DNA of 63,921 nt, the filler included, from Octopus bimaculoides (Eukaryota): the NCBI RefSeq assembly GCF_001194135.2. It is 7 parts of 7 records of this genome, joined end to end, with 100 filler letters (N's around TTAATTAATTAA, not from the genome) between each part and the next. Parts side by side here need not be neighbours in the genome. Positions count along the whole stretch, not along the records: positions 60,429 to 63,921 come from NC_069000.1; 6 more parts are not named here. One strand, given 5' to 3'. Under the pieces are notes generated by a model. The model was not told the DNA's origin, ran no database searches, and saw only the letters and a list, made by a program, of their open reading frames with translations. This document shows, piece after piece, positions 61,947 to 63,921 of this stretch (positions are counted from its first letter, which is position 1; each line of letters begins with the position of its first letter). Both the position numbers and the translations under genes were made by a program.

Positions 61947-63114
61947 NNNNNNNNNNNNNNNNNNNNNNNNNNNNNNNNNNNNNNNNNNNNNNNNNNNNNN
62001 NNNNNNNNNNNNNNNNNNNNNNNNNNNNNNNNNNNNNNNNNNNNNNCCTCAGATATTTCTTGGTTTATTTACAGATTCCTGTTTACGTTGACCGACTCCC
62101 GTTTCGAATGGCGTATTAAGTGATGCTGACAACATCCAAGGACCATTTCCCGTTCCAGATTATACAAGATCTATAATAATTTTTACTACTTATCTTAATT
62201 GTAATAATTATAAGTCACCAATTGTAGAAATACTAACGGTAGTAAAATAAAGAACTGATATTAACAATCACACATTTAATTTACAATTTTATATACACAC
62301 AATCTGAATATGTTTACATAGTTTCTTCAGNNNNNNNNNNNNNNNNNNNNNNNNNNNNNNNNNNNNNNNNNNNNNNNNNNNNNNNNNNNNNNNNNNNNNN
62401 NNNNNNNNNNNNNNNNNNNNNNNNNNNNNNNNNNNNNNNNNNNNNNNNNNNNNNNNNNNNNNNNNNNNNNNNNNNNNNNNNNNNNNNNNNNNNNNNNNNN
62501 NNNNNNNNNNNNNNNNNNNNNNNNNNNNNNNNNNNNNNNNNNNNNNNNNNNNNNNNNNNNNNNNNNNNNNNNNNNNNNNNNNNNNNNNNNNNNNNNNNNN
62601 NNNNNNNNNNNNNNNNNNNNNNNNNNNNNNNNNNNNNNNNNNNNNNNNNNNNNNNNNNNNNNNNNNNNNNNNNNNNNNNNNNNNNNNNNNNNNNNNNNNN
62701 NNNNNNNNNNNNNNNNNNNNNNNNNNNNNNNNNNNNNNNNNNNNNNNNNNNNNNNNNNNNNNNNNNNNNNNNNNNNNNNNNNNNNNNNNNNNNNNNNNNN
62801 NNNNNNNNNNNNNNNNNNNNNNNNNNNNNNNNNNNNNNNNNNNNNNNNNNNNNNNNNNNNNNNNNNNNNNNNNNNNNNNNNNNNNNNNNNNNNNNNNNNN
62901 NNNNNNNNNNNNNNNNNNNNNNNNNNNNNNNNNNNNNNNNNNNNNNNNNNNNNNNNNNNNNNNNNNNNNNNNNNNNNNNNNNNNNNNNNNTATATATATA
63001 TTATGTATGTATGGACACGTGTATATGTATACATGTGTGATGTGTTTATGTATGTATGTCAATATGCAAGTATTTGAACACGTGTATACTGATAGATAGA
63101 TAGAGAGAGAGACA

Positions 63115-63153
<39 letters not shown>

Positions 63154-63437
63154 TATAAAATATCTTCATGCATGTATTTAAGTCTATTTTTTTTCATTGT
63201 TAGAATTATATTTAAATTATTAAATCCAGATGTAGATTAGCCATTATATTACCTCCCTTATATCTTTAAACACTGACACACCATTAGCATTATCTCCCTT
63301 GCATCTACCGATTTCTTGAACACTTAACAATCCCGCTCAATTATTTATCGTCACAAGAAACTATGTAATGTTTAAGTAGGACTATATCTGCGTGTATTAA
63401 AATGGTCTTTAGTGCTTGTTTAAAACAGATATTAAAA

Positions 63438-63439
<2 letters not shown>

Positions 63440-63528
<89 letters not shown>

Positions 63529-63545
63529 ACACACACACACACACC
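63440..63545. repeat. (CA)n microsatellite
   Basis: Direct observation. Confidence 0.95.
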
Positions 63546-63921
63546 GATGCGTCATTTATACATTTATATATAAATACATAGCTACAGCAATGCACGCGCA
63601 CTCGCCCATATACGCATACATATATAGATAGGTATACATTCGCACGTAGATCAATAAGTCACAGCCTTATACACAAAGATATAGTCATTGTAACACACAC
63701 GCATACATATACTTACACACAAATACATACATACATACACACATACATACATACATACATACATACATACATACATACAGACAGACAGACATCTATATAA
63801 TGCATGTATATACATTTCTTTTATTAGCCACACAGGGCTCAACGAAGATGGGACAAATACAATGTAGAGCTTTTCTTTTTGGGAGGGGGAAGGAAGGAGA
63901 AAAAAAAAAAAAAAAAAAAAA

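Noticed and set aside
62075-62260. Strong plus-strand acceptor and possible upstream Ig-gene exon
   Set aside because: Stops occur in all frames on both strands soon after the candidate acceptors.
435-63842. Long ORFs rich in HT/CV/YI/poly-V/poly-Y/poly-N or X
   Set aside because: Translations of microsatellites and N gaps; no coding signal.

Overview
Repeat-rich, gappy eukaryotic scaffold. It is most likely cephalopod (Octopus-like), inferred from the very high microsatellite load and the tRNA-headed SINE families; I did not verify this by search. There is no prokaryotic content, CRISPR array, rRNA or true tRNA gene, and nearly all ORFs in the supplied track are microsatellite or N-gap artefacts. 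Best-supported host coding sequence: the last two exons of a minus-strand gene for a probable GPI-anchored Ig-like protein (61421-61738, 61092-61186). There is also a 300-nt open minus-strand exon (57827-58126) inside a strongly CpG-decayed block (~47.5-59.5 kb) and several weaker exon candidates. Mobile DNA dominates. It includes R4/Dong-like non-LTR fragments (zinc knuckle plus restriction-like endonuclease) stacked with one SINE family inside (TAA)n microsatellites; RTE, CR1/L2 and Penelope-like fragments; mariner, Tc1/maT, Tigger, hAT and Helitron-like remnants; and a foldback MITE. The most unusual observations are minimal hammerhead-like motifs with a non-canonical core (CUG-C/U-UGA) in three copies of a Penelope-like repeat, a tRNA-headed SINE with a hammerhead-like tail, retroposon 'trains' on TAA repeats, and a minisatellite that multiplies a C/EBP/PAR-bZIP-type site. 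SINE/repeat family letters (A-F) are my own labels. Boundaries of degenerate repeats are approximate (about +/-10-20 bp). All protein-family calls come from motif recognition by eye.
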